Below the pieces are notes generated by a model. That model saw only the letters and a list, made by a program, of their open reading frames with translations, did not search any database and had not been told where the DNA came from. Source: an uncultured Candidatus Binatia bacterium (GTDB lineage Bacteria > Desulfobacterota > Binatia > UBA9968 > JAJDTQ01). From it: a stretch of DNA of 64,000 bases. The first letter of the stretch is position 1. Each line of letters begins with the position of its first letter. A program made the translations under genes and the position numbers. The stretch is taken from assembly GCA_964291295.2 (NCBI GenBank), contig OZ219754.1, forward strand, positions 96,001 to 160,000, read 5' to 3'. Below, piece after piece: positions 38,597 to 48,576 of this stretch.

Positions 38597-39084
38597 AAAG
38601 CTGGCGACGACACGCTGACGGGCGGCTCAGGGGCGGATGCGTTTGTGTTCACGGCCGGTGACGGGGCTGACACGATCACCGATTTCGAGGCAGGCGACAC
38701 AATCGCGATCACCGGTCACCGCGGCGGGTTTTCGGCTTTGCGCATCAAACAGGATGGTGCCGATACCGTTATCGGTTACGGTTCCGACACGATTCGTCTT
38801 GAAGACGTTCAGTCTGCGCAACTGACCGTATCCGATTTCGATTTTCCGTGGTTCTACTTTATGGGCTGATCTTTCCCGGTTTGACCTTTCGGGACGTCCG
38901 GCCTTGGTGGCGCCTGCAACCGCCGTTCCGTGCGCCACCCCGCCGGCAGTGGCAGTGACACATGGGTGCGGTCCCTGCCGGCGCCTGCCCGGGCGCGCCG
39001 CCGACCGAAACACTCAAGAGTCTCGTTCACTCACCCCGTCGACATGGACCTGAGCCTTGGGTTCCGCCGCCCGAGGGCTTGCAT

Positions 39085-39270
39085 GCAAGCGCCGCGCGGT
39101 TGCCCTTGTTGATGGTTGAAGCTTTTGATTGTCGGTGTGAAGTTCCAGGGCATGAGGTCGTCGATTGCCGGTCAGGTAGACCTGCGGATGGACGCCGTTG
39201 GGCTTGCGGGTGCCGATCAGGCTGGCGCATCGCGCTTGGGTTCTGTCGCCGTCATGGCTGCCGGCAAGCG
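39085..39270 (-). mobile_element. IS66-family transposase C-terminal remnant
   Basis: Minus strand LAGSHDGDRTQARCASLIGTRKPNGVHPQVYL, then after a shift IDDLMPWNF, resembling the IS66 TnpC C-terminus; GCAAGCG near 39085 resembles a decayed GTAAGCG end. Confidence 0.65.
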
Positions 39271-39526
39271 GGTGCGCGGGTCCGGACGGGAGGTGGGGAG
39301 TCCCCACCGGCAACGGGCGGGATGCCGGCGGACCTCCTCTCGCGGCGTCGGGATCTGCGGATACGATGCAGCGAGTCCTCTCCGGTTGCGAAGGAAGCCG
39401 TCCCATACCCCAGACCATCATCCCTTCGTGCAGACAGATGGTCGCAGAAGCCGAAGCGGCGGTACCCGTACTGGACGTGCAGGAAGCGAGATTGCGCTGG
39501 CGGACGGTGCGGGTGTCGCTACGGGC

Positions 39527-39790
39527 TCAGCGCCCGGGTCTGGTGGCCAGCACCTCGTCGAGGCTCGCCGCCACCAGCACCGCCTCCGCCCAAGTCTCCA
39601 GTTCGGCGGCCGAGGCGCCGCGGATCCGCTCGCGGACCACATCCGGCACGTCACCGAAATGCAGTTCCAGAAGACGAAGGACAATTCCAGCCTGGCCCTC
39701 CGCGCGGCCTTCCTCCCGGCCCTCGCTCCGGCCCCGTTCGATTCCCTCAGCTCTTCCCTGTTCGATCCAGGCTTGCGCGACCGTTCCCAT
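39527..39790 (-). CDS. Putative internally initiated small Rpn C-terminal protein (RpnS-like, 87 aa)
   Basis: GGAGG 5 nt before an in-frame ATG (MGTVAQAWIEQG...); open to the stop. Confidence 0.5.
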   Translation of the reverse strand: MGTVAQAWIEQGRAEGIERGRSEGREEGRAEGQAGIVLRLLELHFGDVPDVVRERIRGASAAELETWAEAVLVAASLDEVLATRPGR

Positions 39791-40509
39791 CAGCGCCTCC
39801 CAGCGGTCCGGCTTCGTCCGGCGCAGCGACGCCTCCAGCAAGGGCGGCGTCAGGTTCATGCGCTCGGCAATGTAACGCACGATATGACGCTCGAACGCGC
39901 TCCCCGCAACCGGCCCGCCCGTCATCTCGTCGAGAAGGTCGGGCGGTATCTCCTCGGCATAAACGACCCTGAGCGCCAGAAGCCCGGCCCGCACCTCGGG
40001 CGAGGCCGACAGCCGGCTTGGCGCGATCTCGCGTGCACCACATGGGCGAACTCCCTGACGAACGGCTCCAGCGCCTCGGGCGCGTCGATCATCCCCGGCA
40101 CCGAGCGCGGCGCCGTCCAGCGACCCCGGCCGTGGTAGAAGACCAGCGGGATGATCGCCGGCAGCCTGTCCCCGGCGACGCCATTCTCGATCTCGCGGCG
40201 CCAGATGTTGACCATGTATTTCAGGAGCTGGAGCGGCGTGTCGGCGTCGACCCGGCTCTTGTTCTCCAGGAGTACAGACAGGCGCGCATCGTGGCCGCTC
40301 CTCAGCCTGACCCGGAACAGCGCGTCGCACCGGGTCCGCGCCGCGTCCTCGTCGACGAAACCGCCCTCGACCGCCTCGGGCGGGGCCTCGGGGTCGAGGA
40401 GGGCGGCCACCTCTTGCGGCAGGTATTCCGCGAGCAGCGAAGCGGCGCGGGCCGGCTCGGAGACCAGCGCCCGGAACAGTGCATCGTGCGGCGTCGCCGG
40501 AAGGCTCAC
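39527..40509 (-). pseudogene. Rpn/YhgA-like (Transposase_31) PD-(D/E)XK nuclease, frameshifted near 40030
   Basis: PHDALFR, RCDALFRV, LENKS, QLLKYMVNIW, IIPLVFYHG in one frame; C-terminal EQGRAEGIERGRSEGREEGRAEG...LELHFG in another. Confidence 0.82.
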
Positions 40510-40679
40510 CGGGAGAGACCCCCGGCATCTCCGGGACGCTCCCGACGGACATCCCGCTCACGGGCTGGAAGAGAAAGGGCGTTCGACATGGCGGTACCCT
40601 ACGCCGGGCACTGTCGTGTCGGCAATCGCCGGCGTCTGCCCCGAGAACAGGCCGGGACCGTCATCACGAGCGGTAGTCC

Positions 40680-41410
40680 CCGAGGATATCGGCGGCAATG
40701 CTGTCGGAGTGACGCGGACGACGGACCCGCGCACCGGGTTCCGCGCCAGATGCGCATACCATGCGGTGGTCTCCACCCGGGTGTGGCCGAGCAGCCGGCC
40801 GATCATCGGCAAACCCTCGCCCGGCGCCAGCGCCCCGCTGGCGACCGACTGGCGGCAATCGTGAAGCCGGGCGTTCCCGATCCCCGCGCGCCGGCAGACC
40901 CGTTCCCACGGGTCATGGAGGTTGTGCATGTGCGTGCCCCTCTTCTTCCCAGGGATCACATGCGGGTTGCACTGGACGCGGGGAATGTTCGCCAGCACGT
41001 CCACTGCCTCCGGCGACACGGCGCGCGCCGGTCTTGGAATCCGCGAGCCGCAACTCGCGTGCATCCAGGTCCACATCCTGCCAGCGCAGCGTCACGATCT
41101 CGTTCCTGCGGCAGCCCATGAGCAGCAGGAGCCGGATCGCGGCAATGGCATGCACCGAGACCCCTTTGCGGTTCTCCGCCTCGGCCAGCGTCCGCCCGAG
41201 GTGGCGGAACTCCTCCTCGCTCAGGAACCGCTCGCGCCCAACGTTCCCGGTTCTTCACAACCAGCCGGCAGGGGTTGCTCGCCTTCGGCAGCTGCCCCTG
41301 GTCCTCCGCCGCGTTTCACAGGCGCGAAAGGGTGCTGACCACTTGGTCCGCCGTCACCGGGGTCGCGCGCAGGGAATGGCGCAGTTCCGTCACCTTGGCA
41401 TGGTCCAATG
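40680..41410 (-). pseudogene. Tyrosine recombinase/phage integrase remnant
   Basis: Frameshifted pieces ERFLSEEEF, LLLLMGCRRNEIVTLRWQDVD, DSKTG, RLHDCRQSVAS, IGRLLGHTRVETTAWYAHL. Confidence 0.85.
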
Positions 41411-41450
41411 CCAGTTGGACCAGGAGCCCGGCGAATTTCCAACCGCGGTT

Positions 41451-41686
41451 TTGTCCAACGCAAAGTGAGCCTGAAGCAGGGGTGTCGGGGATCATCAGGA
41501 GATGATCGTGACACTTCGAACGGAACGCCCGGGGACTATCGAGCCGGTTGCGGCCTTGTTCGAGGCGAACGAGCCTGTAGACTTTCACCCGACCGAGCGA
41601 GCCCCCGCTCACCCCGTCGGCCCACATCTCAACACAACCCCCGGCATGGGAAAGTCCTGGCGCCGCTCGCACATCGTATTGAAAAC
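41451..41686 (+). mobile_element. Possible internally deleted IS remnant
   Basis: TGTCCAACGCAAAGTGAGCCTGA end-like sequence; short ORF MIVTLRTER...EPVDF resembling a transposase N-terminus; weak inverted match CGCACATCGTATTGAAAA. Confidence 0.35.
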
Positions 41687-41741
41687 CCGTCCCTGATCTG
41701 CAAACATTCCGCAGAAATTCCTTCTCAATCGGGAGGCTCTC

Positions 41742-42626
41742 ATGGACGTGGTCAAGGTCGACTTCAGGAACACCAAGGGGATTCCGCCGTCCGGTCTCTG
41801 CGTGGGCGTGCACCGCGCCGGCGCCATGCATCGGAAGATGGTGCAAAAACACGGCAACGGCATCGCGGTGTGGTCGCTGAGGCCGGAGAACGACTTCATC
41901 GCCTTCAAGACGCTGGAAGATGAAGCGGGCATCCGTTCCACCAGCGACATGGAGTCGATCAGGGAGGAAAAGCTCATCTACGGCGTCCGGGGTGCGCCGC
42001 CGGAGGTTCGGCGGCAGGCGAAGGAGCAGGGTCTGGAACTGCTGGCCGACGCCACCTGTCCGTTCGTGGTTCAGCAGGAGGAAGCGGAACTGGAGCTGCT
42101 GGACCAGGGTTGCCACCTGGTCATCCTGAGCAGCCGCACGCACCACGGTATTCCGCGTCTCATGGGTATCGCCGAAGAGAAGGGGCGGGAGGTGTTCATC
42201 GTCGAGAGGGAAACGGATGTCGACGACATCCGACTGACCCGCTTCGAGCCCGTGGGAGTCATCGTCCAGACCACGTTCTGGATGGAGAGCTACACGAAGA
42301 TCATGACCCGGATCCTGGAGCGCTTCGCCAACGTTCGCATTCGCAACACCGCCTGCATCGACTCGCTGCAGCGGCTGCCCAAGGTCGAGGAATTGGCGCG
42401 TGACGTGGAGGCGGTGGTCATCTTCGGCTGGACCGAGGGCATGACCTACCGCATGGAGGAGGTGGCGCGGGCCTTCAATGACAACGTCTACCGTATCGAG
42501 AAGATCGAGGACCTGAACCCCGCGTGGTTCACGGGCAAGTCCCGGATCGGCATTGTCGGCGCCAACGAGACCACCGATGAATTGGTGGACGGGGCGGTGG
42601 AACGCATCAAGTCCATGGCCGCCTGA
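41742..42626 (+). CDS. IspH/LytB-like [4Fe-4S] protein, divergent
   Basis: GLCVGV, DATCPFV, VQTT, NTACIDS, DLNPAWF, GIVGA; substrate-binding residues altered. Confidence 0.75.
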   Translation: MDVVKVDFRNTKGIPPSGLCVGVHRAGAMHRKMVQKHGNGIAVWSLRPENDFIAFKTLEDEAGIRSTSDMESIREEKLIYGVRGAPPEVRRQAKEQGLELLADATCPFVVQQEEAELELLDQGCHLVILSSRTHHGIPRLMGIAEEKGREVFIVERETDVDDIRLTRFEPVGVIVQTTFWMESYTKIMTRILERFANVRIRNTACIDSLQRLPKVEELARDVEAVVIFGWTEGMTYRMEEVARAFNDNVYRIEKIEDLNPAWFTGKSRIGIVGANETTDELVDGAVERIKSMAA

Positions 42627-42641
42627 GCAGGATCAACACCC

Positions 42642-44120
42642 ATGTCCAAATCCCTGTCCAAGTCCGCCGCCGTGGAAGCCCGACTGCCTTATCACGATCT
42701 CCGCGAATGGATGGCCCGGGCCGATGCCCTGGGCGAACTCCGCACCGTCACCGGGGCCAGCTGGGAAGAAGACATCGGTCTGGCCGCCGACGCCGTGATC
42801 CGGGTCGACGACGGCCCGGCGGTGCTGTTCGACCAGGTTCCCGGCTGCCCCAGGGGGTTCCGCGTCCTGATCAACACGTTCGCCGGCAAGCGCCGGAACA
42901 TGACGCTCGGATTTCCCGGGCACCTCACCAAGCAGGAGTTGAGCCAGGCCTTCTTTGACCATTACATCAAGGTGCAGCGCCGGCTGCCCCATGTGGGGGT
43001 GGATGACGGACCGGTGTTCGAGAACATCCTCACCGGCGATGACATCGACATCACCCGGTTCCCCACGCCCAAGTGGCACGCGGACGACGGCGGCCGCTAC
43101 ATCGGAACGGGTTGCTTCTGCGTGACCATCGACCCCGAGGAGCGCTGGATCAACGTCGGCACCTACCGCGCCATGGTGCAGGACAGGAAATCGGTGAGCC
43201 TCCTGTTCGTCCCCGGCAAGCACGCCTACATGCACCGCAAGAAGTACTTCGACAAGGGCCAGCCCATGCCCGTGGCCCTGGTGGTGGGCAGCGACCCCAT
43301 GTCGTTCTTCGTGGGGGGCACGGAGTTTCCCTACGGCGTCTGCGAGTTCGACGTCGTGGGCGGGCTGCGCGGCACGCCCGTCGAAGTGGTGCGGGGCAAG
43401 GTCACCGGCCTGCCCTTCCCCGCCAACGCCGAGATCGTGCTGGAAGGATTCCTGACCGCGGACCACCGCGCGGTGGAGGGGCCGTTCGGGGAGTGGACCG
43501 GCTACTATGCCGGCGGTGCCAGCGAGCAGCCCACGCTGGACATCCGCGCCGTCTACCACCGCAACGACCCCATCATCCTGGGGGTGCCGCCGCTGGGCGC
43601 GGGCTCCGACGAGATGGCCCGCTACCGCGCCATCATGCGCTCGGCCATGCTGAAGCACGAACTGATCCAGGCCGGCGTCCCGGACGTGACCCAGGTATGG
43701 TGCCACGAGGTGGGCGCCTCGCGCCTGCTGCACGGCATCGGCATCAAGCAGCGTTATCCCGGCCACGCCCGGCAGGCGGGCACTCTGGCCTCCACCTGCG
43801 GCTCGGTGGTGTACGGCTGCAAGTTCGTCATCGTGGTGGACGACGACATCGACGTGTCCAACCTGGACCAGTTGATATGGGCCATGCTCACCCGGTGCGA
43901 TCCGGAGACCTCCATCGAGATCCTGCGCCGGATGCGCACCTCTCCCGCCGACCCGCGGGTGACGCCGGAACAGCGCAGGACCCGCGACATCACCAACTCC
44001 CGCGTCGTCGTGGACGCCTGCCGTCCCTTCGAGTGGTTCGACAGCTATCCCAAGGTCAATGCGCCCGGCCCGGATGTGGTCCGAAAGGCTCACGAAAAAT
44101 TCGGCTACCTGCTGGACTGA
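42642..44120 (+). CDS. UbiD-family (prFMN) decarboxylase/carboxylase
   Basis: DDGGRYIGT, NVGTYR, PANAEIVLEG, EGPFGEWTGYY, IVVDDDIDV, WAMLTRCDP. Confidence 0.92.
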   Translation: MSKSLSKSAAVEARLPYHDLREWMARADALGELRTVTGASWEEDIGLAADAVIRVDDGPAVLFDQVPGCPRGFRVLINTFAGKRRNMTLGFPGHLTKQELSQAFFDHYIKVQRRLPHVGVDDGPVFENILTGDDIDITRFPTPKWHADDGGRYIGTGCFCVTIDPEERWINVGTYRAMVQDRKSVSLLFVPGKHAYMHRKKYFDKGQPMPVALVVGSDPMSFFVGGTEFPYGVCEFDVVGGLRGTPVEVVRGKVTGLPFPANAEIVLEGFLTADHRAVEGPFGEWTGYYAGGASEQPTLDIRAVYHRNDPIILGVPPLGAGSDEMARYRAIMRSAMLKHELIQAGVPDVTQVWCHEVGASRLLHGIGIKQRYPGHARQAGTLASTCGSVVYGCKFVIVVDDDIDVSNLDQLIWAMLTRCDPETSIEILRRMRTSPADPRVTPEQRRTRDITNSRVVVDACRPFEWFDSYPKVNAPGPDVVRKAHEKFGYLLD

Positions 44121-44138
44121 GCGCACGGGGACCGACAC

Positions 44139-44693
44139 GTGACCCCCGGCGCCGCCCGCTTCGCCCAAGCCGCCCTGGTGGGAGACTCGGACGCATCCGA
44201 ACACAACCTGACGCTGGCCGAGGAGGCCGGCGCGATGCTTGCGCGGCTGGGCGTCACCCTGATCACCGGCGGACGGGGCGGGGTCATGGAGGCGGCTTCC
44301 CGAGGCGCCGCGCGGGCCGGCGGCCTCACCGTGGGAATCACCCCCGGCACCGACACGAGAGCCGCCAACCCCTGGTGTGACGTGATCCTGCCCACTGGCC
44401 TCGGCCATGCCCGCAACGTCCTCACCGCGCTGGCCGGCGACTTTGTCGTGGCGGTGGGCGGCGGTGCCGGCACCCTTTCCGAGCTGTGCTTCGCATGGAT
44501 TCACCGGCGCCCCCTGTACGTCCTGCGCGGTTCGGGCGGTTGGTCCGACCGGCTGGCCGGCGGCCCGCTCGATCACCGCGCCGCATCGGTGATCGTCGAC
44601 TGTGACAGCGTCAACACGCTGGAACGCCAGGTGGTGCGCTTCTGCGCCGCGAGCGGACTGCGGATCCGCGAGCCGGGTGCGGAACGAGGCTGA
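44139..44693 (+). CDS. LOG/SLOG family protein (TIGR00725-like)
   Basis: ITGGRGGVMEAASRGA, TGLGHARN, GGGAGTLSE. Confidence 0.85.
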   Translation: MTPGAARFAQAALVGDSDASEHNLTLAEEAGAMLARLGVTLITGGRGGVMEAASRGAARAGGLTVGITPGTDTRAANPWCDVILPTGLGHARNVLTALAGDFVVAVGGGAGTLSELCFAWIHRRPLYVLRGSGGWSDRLAGGPLDHRAASVIVDCDSVNTLERQVVRFCAASGLRIREPGAERG

Positions 44694-44732
44694 GGCGGCG
44701 TTCCGCCCGATGCCCGCGGTGGTGCATGAATC

Positions 44733-45788
44733 ATGAACGCGCGCTCACCGGCACTGTTCTGGCTCCTGGTGCTGGCGGCGGCGCTGCTGCTGGTCTGGCT
44801 TCTGAGCGATGTCCTGTTTCCCTTCGCGCTGGGCATCGCCCTGGCCTACGCCCTGGACCCGGCCGCCTCCTGGCTGGTCCGGCGCGGCTGCACGCGCACG
44901 GCGGCCGCGGTCCTCATTGGCGCCGGCTTTTTCGGCGCCGGATTGCTGCTGCTGTTGCTGCTCCTCCCGCCCGTGCTGGAGCAGGCTTCGGACCTGCTCC
45001 AGCACCTTCCGGGACTGGTCTCCCGAATCGGCGAATCCATCGGACCGCTTCTGGGCCGGGCCCTGCAAGCCGTGGGCGCCGACCCGCCCGAGGGACTGCC
45101 CGAGGCGCTGACCGGCATGGCCCGGCTGGGACGGGACCTGTTCAAGGGACTGGCGAGCGGCGGCGGTGCGGTCATCCACATCGCTTCCCTGCTGACCCTC
45201 ACCCCCCTCACCACTTTCTACGTGCTGCGGCAATGGCCCGGCATCGTCGCCGCCGTGGATGACGGGCTGCCCCGGGACCATGCCGGCACGGTGCGCGGCA
45301 TCATGCGCGACATCGACGTGGTGCTCAAGGGCTTCGTCCACGGCTCGGTCATCATCTGCGCGGTGCTGGGGGCTTTCTACGGCCTTGCGCTGTCGCTGGC
45401 CGGCCTCGACTACGGCCTCACCATCGGACTCGCCACCGGCCTCCTCTCCTTCATCCCCCATGTGGGAACAATCTTCGGGCTGGTGTCGTCCGCGGGCGTC
45501 GCCTTCCTGCAATTCTGGCCGGAATGGTTGCGCATCGCCGTGGTCCTGGGCATCTTCCTCGCGGGCCAACTGCTGGCCGACCACGTCCTGATGCCCCGGG
45601 TCATGGGCCGCCGCATCGCCCTCCACCCCCTGTGGCTGGTCTTCGGCCTGTTCGCCGGCGGCGCCCTCTTCGGCTTCGTCGGCATGCTGCTGTCGGTGCC
45701 CGCCACCGCCGCCGCCGGCGTCCTCACCCGCTTCTTCCTCCGGCGCTACAAGGACTCCCCCCTGTATCGCGGCGCGGGCGGCGCCTGA
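44733..45788 (+). CDS. AI-2E (PerM) family transporter
   Basis: LFPFALGIALAYALDP, SFIPHVG, PRVMG...LHPLWLVFGLFAGGALFGFVGMLLSVP. Confidence 0.88.
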   Translation: MNARSPALFWLLVLAAALLLVWLLSDVLFPFALGIALAYALDPAASWLVRRGCTRTAAAVLIGAGFFGAGLLLLLLLLPPVLEQASDLLQHLPGLVSRIGESIGPLLGRALQAVGADPPEGLPEALTGMARLGRDLFKGLASGGGAVIHIASLLTLTPLTTFYVLRQWPGIVAAVDDGLPRDHAGTVRGIMRDIDVVLKGFVHGSVIICAVLGAFYGLALSLAGLDYGLTIGLATGLLSFIPHVGTIFGLVSSAGVAFLQFWPEWLRIAVVLGIFLAGQLLADHVLMPRVMGRRIALHPLWLVFGLFAGGALFGFVGMLLSVPATAAAGVLTRFFLRRYKDSPLYRGAGGA

Positions 45789-46106
45789 CCCGCGGCCGAC
45801 GCTCCGGAGCCACACGCCGCGCCCGTCTTGCCACGCACACCGGGGTGGGCTTGCATCGCATCCATGGGCATCCTGACCACGCCGCCAGGCTGCTGGACAT
45901 TCGAATTCGTGGGTCATGGCCGCGGGCCGTCGAGGTTCGCGCGCCGACTTCGCACGTCCACGCGCCTGGGATTGATCGGCATGAATTCGCGACTCGCTCC
46001 GCATACCCGCCGCCGGCACGGATGCCGCCTTGGCAAGTGCGGTCCGGCGGTGTTACAGGGTCGGTGGAGTGGTTCAAGGCGCGACCGTCGACGTACGAGG
46101 TGAGGA

Positions 46107-47183
46107 ATGGAACTGGAGCGGGATATCGAGGAAATTCGCGATGCGGCGAGGACCGGTCTCATGGAAACGGCGGCGGACGTTTCCCAGGGCATCGTGCTTC
46201 GATTGCTGCAATCTCTGGGATGGCCAACCTTCGATACGCGAACGGTCCGCCCGCAATACGGTCTTGAAAAGAGCCGGGTCGATTTCGCTCTCTGCCATCC
46301 GCCGGGAAGGCCGGTTGTCTTCATCAAGGTGACGAGGAAGCATATCGGTCAGGGCGGCGGCGCGGAAAGACAACTGTTCGAGCATGCGTTTCACACGGAA
46401 GTGCGGCTGGTGATCCTGACGGATGGTCGGGAGTGGCATTTCTTTCTTCCCTTTCTTCCGGGGCAGCGGCGCGGCTACGAGGAGCGGCGTATCTGCAAAC
46501 TCGATATCGTGGAACGGCAGATTGACGAATGTGCGCAGAGGCTGAGCCGATACCTGAAGTACGACGACATGCGTTCCGGGAGGGCAATCGAAGCTGCACG
46601 GGAGGACTATCGAGATGCCTCCCGCAAACGGCAAATCGAGAAGACCCTGCGGCAGGCATGGATGCAACTGGTGGCGGAAGAGGATGATATCCTGCTGGAG
46701 TTGCTGGCAGACAAGGTGAAAAGTCTCTGCGGATACAAACCGGACCCCGATACGATTGCACGCTTCCTCAAGAAGAGTTCAGCCTCTTTCGTACCGACCC
46801 TACCGCCTCCCACACCTGCGCCACCCGAGGGAGGTGAATCAAAGGCACCCGGATTCACATTCGAGGGGAAACGGCACCCGGCGCACAGTGCCATGGATGT
46901 CCTTGTGAGCCTGCTGGAGAAGCTGACCGAACACGACCCCTCGTTTCCGGAACGATTTGCCCGTCTTCCCACTCATGGTCGCACGCGGCGGTATCTCGCA
47001 CGCGACCGCGAGGCCTTGTACCCGGGTCGTCCCGACCTGGCGCGGGACTGTTCCAGACGATTGGAATCGGGTTGGTGGGTGGGTACAAACTTCAGCCGCG
47101 CAGGCATCCGCCGAATTATCGGGATGGCCTGCGATGTCGCCGGTATTCGGTACGACGACCTGCATGTGGAGTTGGGCGGGTAA
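46107..47183 (+). CDS. HsdR_N-type restriction endonuclease-like protein with a putative SeqA-like C-terminal DNA-binding domain
   Basis: VLRLLQSLGW, RVDFAL, QLFEHA, ILTDGREWHF; Pro linker; C-terminal GRTRRYLA...GWWVGTNFS. Confidence 0.68.
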   Translation: MELERDIEEIRDAARTGLMETAADVSQGIVLRLLQSLGWPTFDTRTVRPQYGLEKSRVDFALCHPPGRPVVFIKVTRKHIGQGGGAERQLFEHAFHTEVRLVILTDGREWHFFLPFLPGQRRGYEERRICKLDIVERQIDECAQRLSRYLKYDDMRSGRAIEAAREDYRDASRKRQIEKTLRQAWMQLVAEEDDILLELLADKVKSLCGYKPDPDTIARFLKKSSASFVPTLPPPTPAPPEGGESKAPGFTFEGKRHPAHSAMDVLVSLLEKLTEHDPSFPERFARLPTHGRTRRYLARDREALYPGRPDLARDCSRRLESGWWVGTNFSRAGIRRIIGMACDVAGIRYDDLHVELGG

Positions 47184-47364
47184 CGCGGCCTGTCTCGATG
47201 GCCCGATTCGGGCGGGACGACCGTGACGCGCCAGGACATGGTTGTCCACCTCGATCGTTCTTCGGGCAGAACGGAACGCTGTCACGACTGCAATAACGCC
47301 ACGGGTGTTGCCGCATGGTGTCGCGCGCGGTCTCCGCCGCGGTGCGCACCTTGAGACCGGCGGT

Positions 47365-48576
47365 TCAGCGTCGTCGAAAACTCAGCGGAAACACCATGCA
47401 GGCGCCCGCCAGCAGGCAGACTCCGGGGAAGAAGAAGGCTGCCATGATGCCGAACCGCTCGCTGAGAAATCCCGCCAGCGTGGGCGCGGGCACCACCAGG
47501 ATGTGGGTGCCCAGGGACACCAGACCGAAAGAAGAAGCCTGACTCTCCTTCTCCGCCACATCGAGCGCCACCGTCGTGGTGACGTTGGCCACGGTGTAGA
47601 AGAGAAACCCGATGACGAAGACGACGGCGGCCAGTGCCAGACCCGGCGGCGCCCATTGCAGCAGGAAGTAGGCCAGCCCGAGAGCCACCAGCGAAGGCGC
47701 CAGCACCGCCTTCCGCCCCAGCCGGTCCGACAGCACCCCCATCACCGGCTGGGCCACCAGACCCGACACGGCCATGGGCGTCAGGTAGATCCCCAGTGCG
47801 ATGTCGGACACGCCGAGTTTCTCGACCAGGTAGATGGGCAGGAAGGTAAGGGTCACCTGCCGCGCGATCTGATTGAAGCTTCGCACCAGCATCATCACCA
47901 GGATGACCGGGTTCCGCGCCAGCATCTTGAGATCCCGAAGCGGCTTGGGTTTCTTCGCCGGAACCTCGTCGCCCTCGAAGGTGCGCGCACCGTACATCCA
48001 GACCAGGCCGGCGGCGGCCATGGCCACCAGCAACTGGCTTTCCGCGAATCCCCGCCAAGAGAAGCCCGCCAGCAGGAAGCCGACGGTGACGTAGGTGACG
48101 GTGTTGCCCAGGGTGGCGCCCATGCCGTAGACGGCAACGGCGGTGCCGCGTCGCTCCGGGAAACGGTTCGACAACGAGGCCACCGACGCCGGATGGAACA
48201 GAGTGGTCCCCGTGGCCAGGAGCGCGACGGCCAGCAGTGCCCACCCGTACCCGGACAACGCTCCCAACACCCAGTAGCAGACGCCCATGCACACCAGCGA
48301 CGCGGTGACGATGATCCCGCGCAGCTGCACCCAGGTGTCGGCAAGGATACCCGACGGGACGTCCAGGACGGCCTGGCCGAACATCCGCATGGAGGCCAGG
48401 CCGCCCACCTGCACGTCGTTGAGCCCCATGCCCGCCTTGAGATGCGGATTGAGCATGGTGAGGAGCTGCATGAACCAATGAATGGCCATGTGCGCCGCGG
48501 TGATGAAACCCAGGAACCTGAGGCGTTCCCGGCCCACGTCCGCGGCCAGTGTGCGGACCCGCTCGAGCGTCTTCAT
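47365..48576 (-). CDS. MFS transporter
   Basis: About 12 TM helices; GILADTW, FHPASVASLSNRFPERRG, GVLSDRLGRK. Confidence 0.88.
   Translation of the reverse strand: MKTLERVRTLAADVGRERLRFLGFITAAHMAIHWFMQLLTMLNPHLKAGMGLNDVQVGGLASMRMFGQAVLDVPSGILADTWVQLRGIIVTASLVCMGVCYWVLGALSGYGWALLAVALLATGTTLFHPASVASLSNRFPERRGTAVAVYGMGATLGNTVTYVTVGFLLAGFSWRGFAESQLLVAMAAAGLVWMYGARTFEGDEVPAKKPKPLRDLKMLARNPVILVMMLVRSFNQIARQVTLTFLPIYLVEKLGVSDIALGIYLTPMAVSGLVAQPVMGVLSDRLGRKAVLAPSLVALGLAYFLLQWAPPGLALAAVVFVIGFLFYTVANVTTTVALDVAEKESQASSFGLVSLGTHILVVPAPTLAGFLSERFGIMAAFFFPGVCLLAGACMVFPLSFRRR

Larger units (their letters stand above)
37307..38869 (+). pseudogene. RTX (hemolysin-type Ca-binding) repeat protein interrupted by an in-frame TGA at 38321-38323
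   Basis: GGxGxDxL nonapeptide arrays and three DxFVF..GDG.DTI.DF modules; the frame continues with RTX repeats past the stop to 38869. Confidence 0.85.

Noticed and set aside
40560-41740. tRNA or att site next to the integrase remnant
   Set aside because: No cloverleaf, T-loop/CCA signature or flanking direct repeat found by eye
41742-42626. Calling this gene canonical ispH
   Set aside because: The catalytic Glu and most diphosphate-binding residues are missing, so the symbol is withheld
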